Program-made: the position numbers and the translations under genes
Assembly (NCBI RefSeq): GCF_006345805.1
Contig: NW_021832548.1
Location: forward strand, 1 to 64,000
Direction of reading: 5' to 3'
Length of the DNA stretch: 64,000 nt
Source of the DNA: Octopus sinensis
Lineage: Eukaryota
The notes under the pieces: generated by a model
Databases searched by the model: none
Told to the model about the DNA's origin: nothing
The model's input: only the letters and a program-made list of their open reading frames with translations
In this document: one piece after another, positions 13,021 through 25,914 of the stretch
How positions within the stretch are numbered: the stretch's first letter is position 1
Layout: each line of letters starts with the position of its first letter

Positions 13021-13440
13021 GGCGAGCTGGCAGAAACGTTAACACGCCGGCGAAATGCGTAGCCGTATTTCGTCTGCCGTTACGTTCTGAGTTCAAATTC
13101 CGCCGAGGTCGACTTTGTCTTTCATCCTTTCGGGATCGATAAATTAAGTACCAGTTACTTACTGGGGGTCGATGTAATCGACTTAATATCTATGTCTGTC
13201 CTTGTTTGTCCCCTCTCTGTGTGTAGCCCCTTGTGGGTAATAAAGAAATAGGTATTTCGTCTGCCGTTACGTTTTGAGTTCAAATTCCGCCGAGGTCGAC
13301 TTTGCCTTTCATCCTTTCGGGGTCGATAAATTAAGTACCAGTTACGCACTGGGGGTTGATGTAATCGACTTAATAACTATGTCTATGCTTGTTTGTCCCC
13401 TCTCTGTGTGTAGCCCCTTGTGGGCAGTAAAGAAATAGGT
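13021..13440 (+). mobile_element. SINE (second family) with tandem duplication of its 3' part
   Basis: Head ggcgagctggcagaaacgtt...gagttcaaattcc; the segment from 13255 repeats 13067-13254. The right-arm mirror (40040-40275) has one copy. Confidence 0.8.
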
Positions 13441-13974
13441 ATTTGTGGTGACGCTGTTGAAAAGTATATGTCGCTGTGTAGATAATGTGCGTGTGTGTGT
13501 GCGTGTGTGTGTGTGTGTGTGTGTGAGTGTGTGTGCGTGTGTGTATACTGTGTCTTTCAAAGATGAAAGCATGTTATCTCAGAGAAGAAGATTCAGTTTT
13601 GTAACAGAAAAAAATATTATGTTTCTTAATATTAACTTACAAGCCGAAGTGTAAGAAGACATCAGTAACATCATAACTAACAACATTGTTGATCTTGTGT
13701 CACAGGTATAAGGCAGGAGGAGAAATGATTGTCGGCTTCCAGAAAGCAGAAATTTTACGAAAAGATATCTCTTACAAATAGCGTAGTCGAAATGGCTAAA
13801 CATAACAGAAATAGAGAGAAAAACGCAAGTCCAACTTGAAGTGTGAGTGAACTGAAAGTCCCATCTTTCTGTTTCTTTCTTTTTTTCTCTCTATCTTTCT
13901 CTTTCTCCCTCTCTCTCTCTATCTCTGTCTTTTTCTGTCTCTTTCTCTTTTCTGCTCCGAGAAGTAAGGTAAAA

Positions 13975-14300
<326 letters not shown>

Positions 14301-14311
14301 ATATATAGAGA

Positions 14312-14704
14312 CTAGCAGTATCGCCCGGCGTTGCTCGGGTTTGTAAGGGAAATAACTATATATGCATTTATAGAGAGTTATAGCCAAAAGATAGCAAAAT
14401 GATGCATTAAAAATGGAAAAATTATGATGGTAAATTTTCTTTTAAATCGTTGACTCATCGTAGACATTTTTAGAGAGTTACTTCCCTTATATATAGCGAA
14501 AAAATGCATTAAAATGAAAAAAATGATGTTAATTTTTTTTTAATCGTAGACTCATCGTAGACGCGCGCTAATACCCAGAAGGGCTGGATATGAATCACGA
14601 CTATAAGATACCCGGTTTTGGTTATACTGCACCGCAAAATGTGGGAGTAGTTAGGGATCTAAATTGTAGGAGAGAGACACACAACTTCACTTTTATATAT
14701 AAGA
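14312..14704 (-). mobile_element. Non-autonomous Helitron
   Basis: Minus strand starts TC after A, and ends with hairpin cccgagcaacgccggg plus CTAG before T; present in the left arm only. Confidence 0.85.
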
Positions 14705-15484
14705 TATAAATGTCACGGACGCTAGAAAACCGGAAGTAAATATTCTTAAAAACGGAAACTTAAGTACACACACACGCACACAAGCACGCACGCACATGCG
14801 CACGCAAAAACACACACTCACACATATACACATACAAGGATGAAAAGAAAGATAGAGAATTTCGAAGTACTGAGAGATTGGGTGAAAGAAGTATTGTGAT
14901 TAAGAAAAAGACGCCGACTTAGGACGCGGGAGAGGAAAGTGAGGGAAAGTTATAAGGATATGAAAGTAAGAAAGGGAGAGAAGAAGGAAGATTGGCAAGA
15001 AGGAGTTATAGTAAAAGATTAAGAAGAACGTCATGGAAAAGTGAGAGGGAGGGAGTGAAAGGGACAAAGATAGAGAGAAAGAACGTAGGAGGAGAGAAAG
15101 AGAGAGAGAGAGAGAAAAAAAAGGGAAGAACAGTCAAGACATTTTCTTTTTTTTACTACATTTGTTTGGTATTTTTCTAATAGATTTTTCAATATGACGC
15201 TACACTGGACACTAGATGACCTAGCTGACCTTGCTGACCTAGCTGCTTGAACAGCTTCCTAAGCATTCTTCCGACTCGGTTGATTCATGCCAAAGGGAAT
15301 CGTCGGGAGTGGTAGGCTTACCAGGATTTCTACCTTATCGAAGCTCCTTCTTTATTGTAAGGTCATCGAGGCAGTTCAGAAAAAAAAGGATTTACTCCAC
15401 TCCCCGAGCAGTCTGGATTGCTGCTACACATACCACAAGGTAACTTACTGGTGAAGCAGAAGGGATTGGAAGTGAAACGGTACG

Positions 15485-15850
15485 GGATCTTTTCGGTTTG
15501 AACGGCAGTTTTTTTAAATAATTTCCACGCAACAAAACACTTTTAAACTTCTTATACTGGTAGAATGTGTTTATAAGACATCTTTTTCTCTTGGCTTTAT
15601 TGAGACAATTCTATAGTTTGTAGGTTATTTGTTGTTGTTTTTTCTTCTTCAATTTCTGCAATTTCAACCAATCAATGACATCTATTGAGGTAAAAAATAT
15701 TCTGTGCCGTATGAATCTGTCCCTCGTTTAAGAAACAGATTGGGATTATTTACATTTCTGAAGAAAAAAAGATACCCTTCCCCCCACCCCAAACCCTAAC
15801 CCTAACTAACCCTAAACCTAAAACAGATTGAAATGCAATAGATCGATACT
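15485..15850. mobile_element. Truncated copy of Merlin-like MITE
   Basis: One TIR GGATCTTTTCGGTTTGAACGGCAG with TSD copy ACGGTACG at 15477-15484; broken at 15850. Confidence 0.8.
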
Positions 15851-16530
15851 GTTGTCAATTTGAACATGGTCTGGGCTAACAACGGCGAAAATGTTATACT
15901 ACGTTATATACTGCGTGTAACCAAACCAATCTATAAATGATTACTGGGGAATAAGAGCAACGACGTCGTCGAGGGAAATCTGAGGGCGTAGGAAAAACAA
16001 TACACTTGTTTTGTCCGAAGAACTTTCGAGCCGGAGTCTATGATTTAATTCTAAAAATCCTTCGCCTGGCAGTGATATTGTAAGACACTGCCGATACGGG
16101 GTAAAGCCTACAAACGTGGCATTGCCTTTAGCCACATCCGCTCAAGAGCACACCGCGCCATAAAAGTGTCCTTCAATCGATCGTACAATTCTTGAGCGTC
16201 GCTGTCTTGAAGATTTACGTGGAGCAGCCGCAATCATTTGCCAGATGGATCCGGTTATATTTTATATAATGAAAATCGCCCTGTCACTTTTCGTTTATTA
16301 CATCTACCAGGAGGTCATGGCGAAAGTGATCGTGTGGTAAACTCTCATGACTTTTCAAGTTCCAGTTAGAAACGAAAATAAACATGCAAAAGGAGGTGCT
16401 TCCTCCAAGTAAATTCGTTGGACAGTGGATGAATTGCCCTAGACTAAGCGTGAGCTTGTAGTTTGAGAAACACGGCGGAGAGAGAAGCATTTACTATGAC
16501 ACTACTGGTGAGCAGGGTGACTCAGGATCT
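15851..16530 (-). pseudogene. DEG/ENaC/ASIC-like large exon relic (post-TM1 to beta-ball)
   Basis: In order: ILSHP..., AV.F.NY (FPAVTxCN-like), GHFYGAVCS, FTPYRQCLT, SFIDWFG, FAVVSP. Stops and frameshifts present. Confidence 0.65.
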
Positions 16531-16876
16531 GTGGGTTCCTTGGTTGCCTCTGGATGCATTTCCCTCTGGTAGGGAAATTTGTTGCTATAATTTTCCTGTT
16601 GTTATAGTTTTTGTTTTTCATTGTTTACACATGTTTAGATAAATTCCCAATGTCCTTGATTATGTTTTCTGTGGCGGCGAGCTGGCAGAATCGTGTGCAC
16701 GCCGCAAAAATGCTTAGCGGCATTTTGTCCGGCTTGACTTTGTCTTTCATCTTTTCGGGGTCGATAAAATAAGTAAATGTTGAGTACTGGAGTCGACGTA
16801 ATGGATATCTCCTCCTCCAAACTTTCTGCCCTTGTATCAAAATTAGAATGAAATATATTTTCTCTCTCTGTTACAG

Positions 16877-16992
16877 AAAAATTGTATAATGCAAATATTA
16901 TGACTAAGATTGTAACATTTGCAACATACATGCTTTTTATTAGCTATTTGCGTTAAGGATCTCGAAAAATATAAAGAAACAGAATCAACCTG
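16877..16992 (+). pseudogene. DEG/ENaC-like pre-TM2 exon relic
   Basis: Polypyrimidine-AG acceptor and GTTAGT donor; CFLLAICVKDLEKYKETES resembles ENaC K.NIFFKELNYKT.SES. In-frame stops upstream. Paralog at 62375-62492. Confidence 0.5.
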
Positions 16993-17459
16993 GTTAGTAA
17001 AATATTTTTCATTTTGTTTTCTTCTGTGATTTTGTTATCCTTGTATAAATCTTATTGATTTAGTTTCTGCTTAATTTGTGCTTAATACATTGCCTTTTTA
17101 AAAATCTCACTGTTGTTGTCATCGTCCTTCTTTAATGATTAGATTGGCATTCATCAAGCAAAGGTATTGGAGCACTGAACATCCCATAACATCCTTTACT
17201 TGTTCCAGTCATTGGACTGCGACCATGCTCGGCCACAACTTGAAATACGGAACAAATTAACCTCACTACTTATCTTTAAGTCTGGTACTAATTCGATCGG
17301 TCACTTTTGCTGAACCACTATGAGTTGGGGCTGTATACAAGCAACACTTGTTGTCAAGCGCTGGCTGGGGTCAAATACGTACGTACATACATACATACAT
17401 ACATACATACATACATACATACATACATACATACATACATGCATGTATACATGGTGGTG

Positions 17460-20390
17460 TATGTTTTCTACTCCTTATACAGAGTTTGACCACCTCCTGT
17501 ACCTACACCTTGCGCCATCATGGCGTCTGATGTGGTTTTTAAACCAGACAATGTTCTGAAAAGACACCCACCTAGATTGCACCTCTGATTAGGACCACCA
17601 AGAGCTGCAGATAAGTTCTGCTGTTTGTGGATTTTAACATGTCTTTTGAGGCCTCCGTTGGATTTTCAAACCATCTGGCATACACTGCATTCAAAAGTGT
17701 GCACAGAGATATAGTCAGAATAGTTGGTGGATGTTCGTTTTTCAAGCGTTCGCGGATGAGATTTGAGGCCAGCCAAAGACAGGCATGGTCTGTCACAGAC
17801 TGTGCACACGAAAAGATCATTGTCATTCACCTTCTCGATCGTTACATTCTTCCTTACATCTCTTTTGGGTCTTACATGCGTTATCCTGGCCGCTTCAAAT
17901 GCTTTTACTTCACTCACCACCTTTGTTCGCCATCCAACTCGATCCGAAGCAAGGGTTTCTATATCTTCTGGAACCAATCCAAGTGACTTCATAGTAGTCC
18001 TTATGCCGTCCTTAAACCTTTCTTTTTAGGTTTAGGCCGATAGCGTTTCCCCTCTGCAAGCCCATCATAAAACAGCTGTTTTGGCATGCGTTCATCAGCC
18101 ATTCGAACAATATGGCCACACCATCTCAACTGGTTCCTCAAAATCATAGCTATAATTGAGGTGATGCCTGCAGATGCAAGGACATCTGTGTAAAAGAACT
18201 CCATTCAATTTTTAAAATCCGACGAAGGAATTTTTGCTGGAATTGTTCTTACAGTTTAAAATGTCTTTCACAACAAGCCCAAGTTTCATAGGAATACAAC
18301 AGGGATGGTAAGGCAAATGATTTGTAAAGAGCCAGCCTTGTATTCTTGTTTATATGTCGCTGGCACTAAACGTGTGACTCCAAGCCACCAAATGCTTTTG
18401 CTGCTCTTTGAATTCGCATCTGTGTTTCTGTATCAAAATTTCCATCATTTTGAACAGAGCTTCCAAGATAGGCGAGCGAATCGACTACCTCAAGTAACTT
18501 TCCCTTAACAAAACTTTTAGTGGTGTTGCTAACAGCACCACACGCAGATTGATGCATTACAACGGTTTTTTTTCAAGTTGATGGTCAAGCCAAAATCATC
18601 AGAAACAGATACAAGAGATTGCAGACCTGTTTCAGAATGACTGACAAGATTGCAATCGTCAGCATACAATAGTTCCCTAATGAGTGAAGTAAAAACCTTC
18701 GTTTTGAATTTCAGTCTGGCCAGATTAAAAACATTCCCTGTTGTTCAATATTTTATGTAAATACCCTCCTCAGAGTTTTGAAAAGCATATGACAACACAA
18801 CAGAAAGTATATTGTAAAGAGGGTGGGTGCATCAATATCTCCTTGCTTTACTCCATTTTCTAGAGCAAAAGATTCAGAGAGCCTACCACCAAAATTAACT
18901 CTAGCTTTCATATCTTGATGGAAGCCCTGACCTTGTTTATTTTTCTGGGCAACCTATTTTCCTTAGAATTAACCACAGAGCATTTCGATTAACAGTATAG
19001 AATGCTTTGCTCAAATCAACAAAGCAATGGTATAGAGCAAGATTCTGTTCAATGCACTTATAATTGTCTGACAGTAAAGATACAATCAGCTGTGACCCTA
19101 GAGGAACGAAAACCACACTGAGACTCAGACACTATGTTTGGAACTATAAAGGTATTTAAACGTTCTAAGAAAATGTGGGCAAGTACCTTTCCAACCACAG
19201 CCAAAAGCGAAATCCCACGAAAATTACCACACAGATCCTTTGGCCCCGATTTATACAAAGATACTAAAATGGCATCAGTCCAGTCTTGAGGCCCTTTATC
19301 AGTTCTCCAACAGTGACAAATTAATATATTTAAGAGTTCATACATTTTATCACCCCCATATTTCAAGATTTCTGCACAGATTCCATCAGACCCTGGAGAC
19401 TTATTGTTATTCAGCTTATTCACAGCTAAATAAATGTCATTTAGAGTTGGTTCAAATGCCATCTCTTCTATAACTGGAAGATGTTCAATTTTTTTCTATC
19501 GTCCTCATGTCAGCAGATGACGGTCAATTCAAAAGTGCAGAAACATGTTCTACCCAGTGCTTATGAATAGAAGTGATATCAGTCAGAAGAAAAACATTTT
19601 CTGTTCTCACTGGAGCTATTGAAGAAGATTTTGGGCCATATACCGCCTTAACATGAGAGTACAAACCCTTGGCATCATTTCTATCAGCTGCTCCTTGTAC
19701 CCTTTTGTTCTATCATTTCACCATTTCTGTTTAATTTTCCTTAGAGCAATCTACACCTTCCTTTACAGCTTTCTGTAAGTTTCGTTTGAGTTGGGGTTCA
19801 AGAACTGAGAAAGAATTGTATTGCCTAAGTTTTGTTTTTCTAACAGTAGATCATGAATTTCTGCTGATCTGAGAACCAGTCACTGGATTTATGAGATTAA
19901 ATCCCACTGACGGATTTGCAGACTGAAATAATTTTGTTTTGAAGTCATCCATAGATTGTTTCTATTATAGTATTGTGGAATCTTTGCAAGTTGCTTGATA
20001 ATTTAAATTTTGCAACATTTAACTTTTTGGATACTTTAGGACCAGACTGTCGATTTTTAGGCATTATCGAAAAATCTATTTTTCCACGGAGTAGATGATG
20101 GTCAGTCCAGTTCTCTGTCAGTTCTCTCATGACACGAACGCTAGAAACGTATTTCATACCACGTTCTCCTGATCAGAATATAATTTATGAGATGCCAGTG
20201 CTTAGATCTTGGGTGCATCCAGGTGGTTTTATATCTATTTTTCTGCTTAAACAGGTCGGTCTTCAGTGCTACTGGTAACCTGTAATCCAGCAAAATGTAT
20301 CGCGTGGTCGGATCGTCGGCGACTAAACTTGCAACCCCACCAGGCTTGCTTGGTGAGGAGGGTTTTGTTGGACACCTTGCGGGATGAAGA
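17460..20390 (-). mobile_element. RTE-clade LINE, near full length, degenerate
   Basis: Endonuclease end (TWMHPRSKHWHLINYIL, TDHHLL), RT (KSPGSDGI, FRGISLL, ESQCGFR) and C-terminal CTVCDRPC..LAGLKSH. Confidence 0.92.
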
Positions 20391-20438
20391 AACATACATA
20401 CATACTTTCTAAATTGAAAACGCTTCCCTTTTTTGCAG

Positions 20439-20600
20439 GTTACTAACTGATGAACCCCTTCTGCAACACTTACATGTCGCAATCAAATCACATTTTCCGG
20501 AAATAAATATTTGATTCAACACCATATATTGAGTGCTTTCTCCAGTTACTGCTCATTCATTTCTGATATTGAAAACATATTATATGAATGTGTGTGCGCG
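20439..20600 (+). pseudogene. DEG/ENaC-like TM2 exon relic
   Basis: Acceptor tttttgcag conserved with 63891; Y*LMNPFCN...F(S)GNKYL spaced like Y....LL.DIGG..GLF.G.S.LT. Confidence 0.4.
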
Positions 20601-20659
20601 TGCAATATATATATATATGTGTACATACGCGTACATATTTTCACCTATAGGCAAGTACA

Positions 20660-21882
20660 TTGAAATTTTGCATGTGCAGTCATTTATATCTCTATAGAGT
20701 AAGTGGCAAATTACAGCTCTGAATTAATTGTGGTTTCTGATTTACAGGTGTTTGAACTGAGTCAAGTGTGAAATGGAGCCTGTTCAGTGTCGAGCAGTGA
20801 TCCGGTTTTTGTATTTGAAAGGACGCACACCACGGGAGACTTTTGATGAAATGAAAGTAACTTATGGTGATGATGCCCCATCATATGACCTTGTAAAACG
20901 CTGGCGTTGTGAATTCAAACATGGTCGGAACTCTGTGGAAACAGCTCCCAGATCTGGTCGCCCCCTTCTGCCATTGATGAGGCATCTGTCCGTCAAGTTG
21001 AGGCTGCCATTTTGGAAGATCGACGCATAATTATTCGCCAAACAGCCCATGAGGTCAAGATTAGTATCGGGTCTGTGGAAACTATCATTCATGACCATTT
21101 GCATATGCAAAAGGTGTCTGCCAGATGGATTCCCAGGTTGCTCACGCCTTTCCAGAAGCAAGAACGCGTCGAGTGCTCGAGGGTGAATTTGGAGATGTGC
21201 CAAGAAGATGAGTCAAAATTTTTCAAAAGACTGATTACACAGGATGAAACCTGGGTCAATCATGATGATCCAGAGACCAAAGCCCAGTCAATGCAGTGGA
21301 AGCACCGTGACTCACCTCCTCCAAAGAAGGCAAGGGTGCAGCCCTCCGCTGGCAAGGTCATGCTCACAGTCTTCTGGGACCAGGACGGAGTAGTGATGAC
21401 AGATTTCCTGGCAAAGGGTACCACAATTGCAGGAGCCTATTATGCTTCACTTTTGAGGAAATTAAGTTATCAAAATCAAGAGGCGGGGCAAGATCAGCAA
21501 AGGCATCCTCCTCCTGCAGGACAACGCTCCGGTCCACAACTCGCTTGTCACCAGATCAGAAGCACAGGCGTATGGCTATGAACTCCTCCCTACTTTCCTG
21601 ACCTTGCACCCTCTGATTTTCACCTCTTCCCAATCATGAAGTTGTTTTTGAAAGGAAAGCGTTTCCAAGATGAGGCAGCCTTGATTTCTAAAGTCACGTT
21701 GAGGTTGGAGGACCAAGCTGGGTTCTTCTACAAAAACGGTCTCCAGAGCCGCATCAAACGATGGGAGAAATGCGTAACTCTGGGTGGTTCCTATGTAGAA
21801 ACAGACTAATAACTGTGCCAAGTTTCGTTGCTCTACTGCTATGGGAAGTGGGTCAGGGGCATTACTTATTGAACGCCCCTCG
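20660..21882 (+). mobile_element. Mariner transposon, second copy, 5' TIR missing
   Basis: Same family as 6176-7430: ITQDETWV, QDNAPVH, PDLAPSDFHLF; 3' TIR followed by TA. Confidence 0.93.
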
Positions 21883-21969
21883 TATCTATCTTTTTCCAAC
21901 TAGAATCAGTTTTTCCTATGTTAGTGATAGTATATAGGGGAATGACAATCTCTTTTCTGTTTATAGGTG

Positions 21970-22160
21970 TAGTGTAGCAGAAGTAGAAATGTATTGGAAA
22001 ATATTATTTAAACTCTTTCGAAATCATGGTCTATCAATCACAATAGAAGCAGATTACAGATCAGCTAATTTTCTAGATATATCAAGATTCAATGTAGGAT
22101 TATGTACACCGTTCCATAAATCAAACGATTTACAAGTATTTATATGTCTGCAACGTATAT
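21970..22160 (+). mobile_element. Penelope-like RT thumb fragment
   Basis: KLFRNHGLSITIEADYRSANFLDI matches the PLE motif also seen at ~47700-47760. Confidence 0.65.
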
Positions 22161-22631
22161 GCCCAGAGGCTGCACATAGACCAGGACTCAAGGTACAGGT
22201 ACATAAGGTGCGAGACACGAACAATTTCCTGAAGTGACAACACAGCTATTGAAGGTAAATCAGACGTTAGATTTGGTAGTAGTACCAGTAATAGTAATAA
22301 TGTTAACAGTGATAGTAATGGTCCTTTCTACAACGGGACTAAGGTCAAGCATTTGGTGGATGAGGCTTAGACAATTAAAACGATCCCAGTGCTCAATCAA
22401 TAGTTACTTTACCGACATCGAAATGGTGAAAGACAAAGTCGACCTTGGTGGTATTTGATCTCAGAACATGCGACATGACCGAGAATTTGTTCAGGCGTGC
22501 TAACGATTGTACCAACTCTAAGCACATTAATTGTTGTAATTGTTGTAACAATAATAGTAGGAACTGTAATAATAACAGTGTCAAATATATTATAATAATG
22601 ACAGTAATATCAAAGAGATAGTAGTATAATT

Positions 22632-22936
22632 GTTGTTGTTTGTTCCTTCTCGAGCCACGCCTGGCTCATAAGGGCCGGTTTCCCGGTTTCCTTGGCGTAT
22701 AGGTTCCCCACCTGGATGGGACGTCGGTCCGTCGCAGGTGAGCTGCAAGATGCAGGAGGGAAGAGTGAGAGAAAGTTGTGGCGAAAGTGTCAGCAGAAGT
22801 TCGCCATTACCTTCTGCCGGAGCCTCGTGGAGCATATGTGTTTCGCTCATAAACACTCATCACCCGGTCTGAGATTCGAACCCGCGATCCCTCGACTATG
22901 AGTCCACTCCTCTAACCACTAGGCCACATGCCTCCA
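22632..22936 (-). mobile_element. tRNA-derived SINE (third family)
   Basis: Head GTGGCCTAGTGGTTAG...GGTTCGAATC on the minus strand. Confidence 0.8.
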
Positions 22937-23242
22937 CTAGTAGTATAATTAGTAATAGTCAAATAGAGGATATAACTGTAGTTGTTATGCTAAAAGTAAT
23001 GATAGTCATAAGCGCCCTTTTGAAAATAAATGTCTACGTAGAGACATAGCACATCAATGTTCTGTCAAACACAAGGCAATATATACCAGTATACAGGTAT
23101 GACAGAGGATCACTTCGATAATTGATGGAAAAGCATCATTTCTTCATTCCAGAATAAGAACGAAACACCTTAAATGAAAGGACAAATTTGTCACCTCAAT
23201 AAAGACAATGTAAGATGCTCATTCTTTTGTTCATTACTGTAG

Positions 23243-23530
23243 GCAGCCTTTCCTTATGATGGAGATGATCAGGATTGTACTTCTGTATCGAAATTACCCC
23301 CAACTGGATATTATAATGTAAGGACAACATTATTAATAAACATTCCGTAATAATTATTAGATTTCACCATTGTTTTAGAAAAAACATTTTGCAAGAACTA
23401 TTGAACTGCTATTGGATATGGGATTGATTAGCCAGAATGTTAAACGCATCCATTCCCAACTTCCTTCGCGATTTCTTTGATATCTGGAGACATTGACACA
23501 GCTTGTGGAAATTACTAGATTTGCCTGGCT
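23243..23530 (+). pseudogene. Two putative exons (23243-23317, 23379-~23530), possibly DEG/ENaC C-terminal relic
   Basis: Good splice sites around a 61 nt intron; ELLLDMG..LARMLNASI..FFD resembles the pre-TM2/TM2 region. Frame is ambiguous. Confidence 0.35.
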
Positions 23531-24002
23531 ATAGAGAGCGTTGTTTGGTACATTGTATTCAATTATGCGGATTAATACACTATCCGAGGGAAATGGACAT
23601 CATTATTTCTACGACGTAAAACCTGTCTTTATGTACTTGTTTTCTTTGATTGTATTAATTTTACACGAGCGTTTTCTTTAATTTTTTAATTAGAGATACA
23701 CTCAGTAATGAGAACACAATGTAACCAGATGAACCGGATGAGTCTGACTTTCGAGTCGTCAATGAGAATGAGTAACCATTATATATTCAAGAAAACATGA
23801 ATATGTATGTCTATCGATAGCAATTAATATCCGTAATGCGCTTATATCTATGACAACTACATATAGGTGTGTGTAGATATCAGTAGCGATATGTCTAGGT
23901 GAACTTGCAAATAGATATGTATGTGCATAAATATGTAAAAGTTTGCATGTGTATGCGTAAATATATGTACCTATTGTGCATATATGTGTGTGTGTATGTG
24001 TA

Positions 24003-24044
<42 letters not shown>

Positions 24045-24045
<1 letters not shown>

Positions 24046-24432
24046 TCTTTTACTTGTTTCAGTCATTTGACTGCGGCCATGCTGGAGCACTGCCTTTTAG
24101 TCGAGCAAATCGACCCCAGGACTTATTTTTTGTAAGTCTAGTACTTATTCTATCGGTCTCCTTCGCCGAACCGCTAGGTGACGGGGACGTAAACACACTA
24201 GCATCGGGTGGGGTGGGGGCAAACACAGACACACAAACATATAAACACATACATATACATATATACATATATACGACGGGATTCTTTCAGTTTCTGTCTA
24301 CCAAATCCACTCACAAGGATTTGGTCGGCCCGAGGCTATAGTAGAAGACACTTGCCCAAGATGTCTCGTAGTGGGACTGAACTCGGAACCATGTAGTTAG
24401 TAAGCAAGCTACTTACTACACAGCTACTCCTA
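24045..24432 (-). mobile_element. tRNA-derived SINE
   Basis: Full head-to-tail match to the 4070 family. Confidence 0.85.
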
Positions 24433-24436
24433 CGCC

Positions 24437-24492
<56 letters not shown>

Positions 24493-25003
24493 TATAAAAT
24501 CCGTTCTGTCTGTGTGTCTTCTAGGATCTCGGGCATCCTCCATCCGATTGCGCTCAAATTTGATATGTAGATACCAACGGTAGCAGGGCGTGTATAAATC
24601 TTGAAAAAAGTTACTAAAATCGATTCCAGGTGAGGATGCGATCGATAAAGCCGTGGGAATGTGCATTTGTACGCGCAAGTATATCAGCTGTACGTGAGAA
24701 AAATGCACGTGCAGTTTTCGCCAAAAAACCGGCTGTCTTGACAAAATGCCACATAATGCAGTATATTTAAGAGACCAAAAATGTAAGAAGCAAAAGAGAT
24801 ATTTTCTTCAAACTTGCCATGAAGGAAGAAAAGACTATTTGATTTTTCAAGAAGTGTATTTTATTTGCCTTAATTTAGGTTAAATCAGTGTTTCTAAAAG
24901 GGGAGGCCTATGGGTCGGTCGGATAAGTTGTTTAGAGAAAATTTTGTTTAAATGTTTGACAACTCAGCACCGTCCGTTGTACGGGGGGGGGCCTTATGGT
25001 CGT

Positions 25004-25073
<70 letters not shown>

Positions 25074-25162
25074 TTATATTAGAAAATATATACGCGTGTA
25101 TGAGCACAGACACACACACACATACACACATGTATATATATATATATATATTGTCGAGGTAT

Positions 25163-25233
25163 ATGCAGCTGATGAAGACAAATCAAATCTACGATGGCAA
25201 ACGTATTTGAAGAGTCTGAAACTGGTACTGCAT
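25163..25233 (+). ncRNA. Type I hammerhead ribozyme motif
   Basis: Stem I ATGCAG/CTGCAT, CTGATGA, stem II AGAC/GTCT, GAAA, minimal stem III, GTA cleavage triplet. Confidence 0.75.
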
Positions 25234-25432
25234 TATCCGTTTCTAGATTTTTCATTTTTCAGATGTTCTTCCTAGAGGTAAGACAAATTTTTTTCATGTT
25301 TGTTGCACACACACGTCTTTACTAGTATATACGCATTGAAGCTATACAATAGCGTCGTATTTATTACGCTCGCTATTTTCCAGTAAATATCGGTACTTCG
25401 TTGTACCATTTATTTACTTTGATATGTATATG

Positions 25433-25610
<178 letters not shown>

Positions 25611-25914
25611 ATGTATATATCTATGTATATACGTGTAGATACGTGCATGAAAATATAGAGGTATGCATGTTTATGTGAGTGTACATATCGAGGTGTATGA
25701 GGTGGACTTCAAAGCATGTGAGCGGAGCATGGGTGTAATTTATGTACAATCATGTATGAGAGTCAGAATATGAATTTAGTAAGAGGTGAATATTTCCCTC
25801 AAAACCTCTTCATAGGGGCCTTAGTAATATCGTATATATGTGTAAACTACCCTGTTTATTGTAAAACACACACACATATACATACATATATATATATATA
25901 TATATGTGTGTGTA

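Noticed and set aside
15780-15820. True telomere or chromosome-fusion site
   Set aside because: Only a few degenerate CCCTAA units, lying inside a TIR-bounded MITE.
15950-16150. TIR-domain or ADP-ribosyl cyclase similarity
   Set aside because: Only short local matches (LPG, A..A.G..T). The plus frame has several stops, and the DEG/ENaC reading explains more motifs in order.
16877-16960. Terminal exon encoding a GPI-anchor-like tail (KLYNANIMTKIV...*)
   Set aside because: This frame is open in both paralogs, but substitutions fall mostly at its first codon positions. The alternative frame shows third-position bias and ENaC-like motifs. Not fully excluded.
22860-22936. tRNA gene
   Set aside because: A and B boxes are present, but the sequence continues into a SINE body and I see no complete cloverleaf; SINE head only. 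The same holds for 4070, 24430 and 53345.
23243-23280. Cys-loop receptor signature (FPYD..Q.C)
   Set aside because: Spacing does not fit C-x13-C, and no other Cys-loop receptor motifs are nearby.
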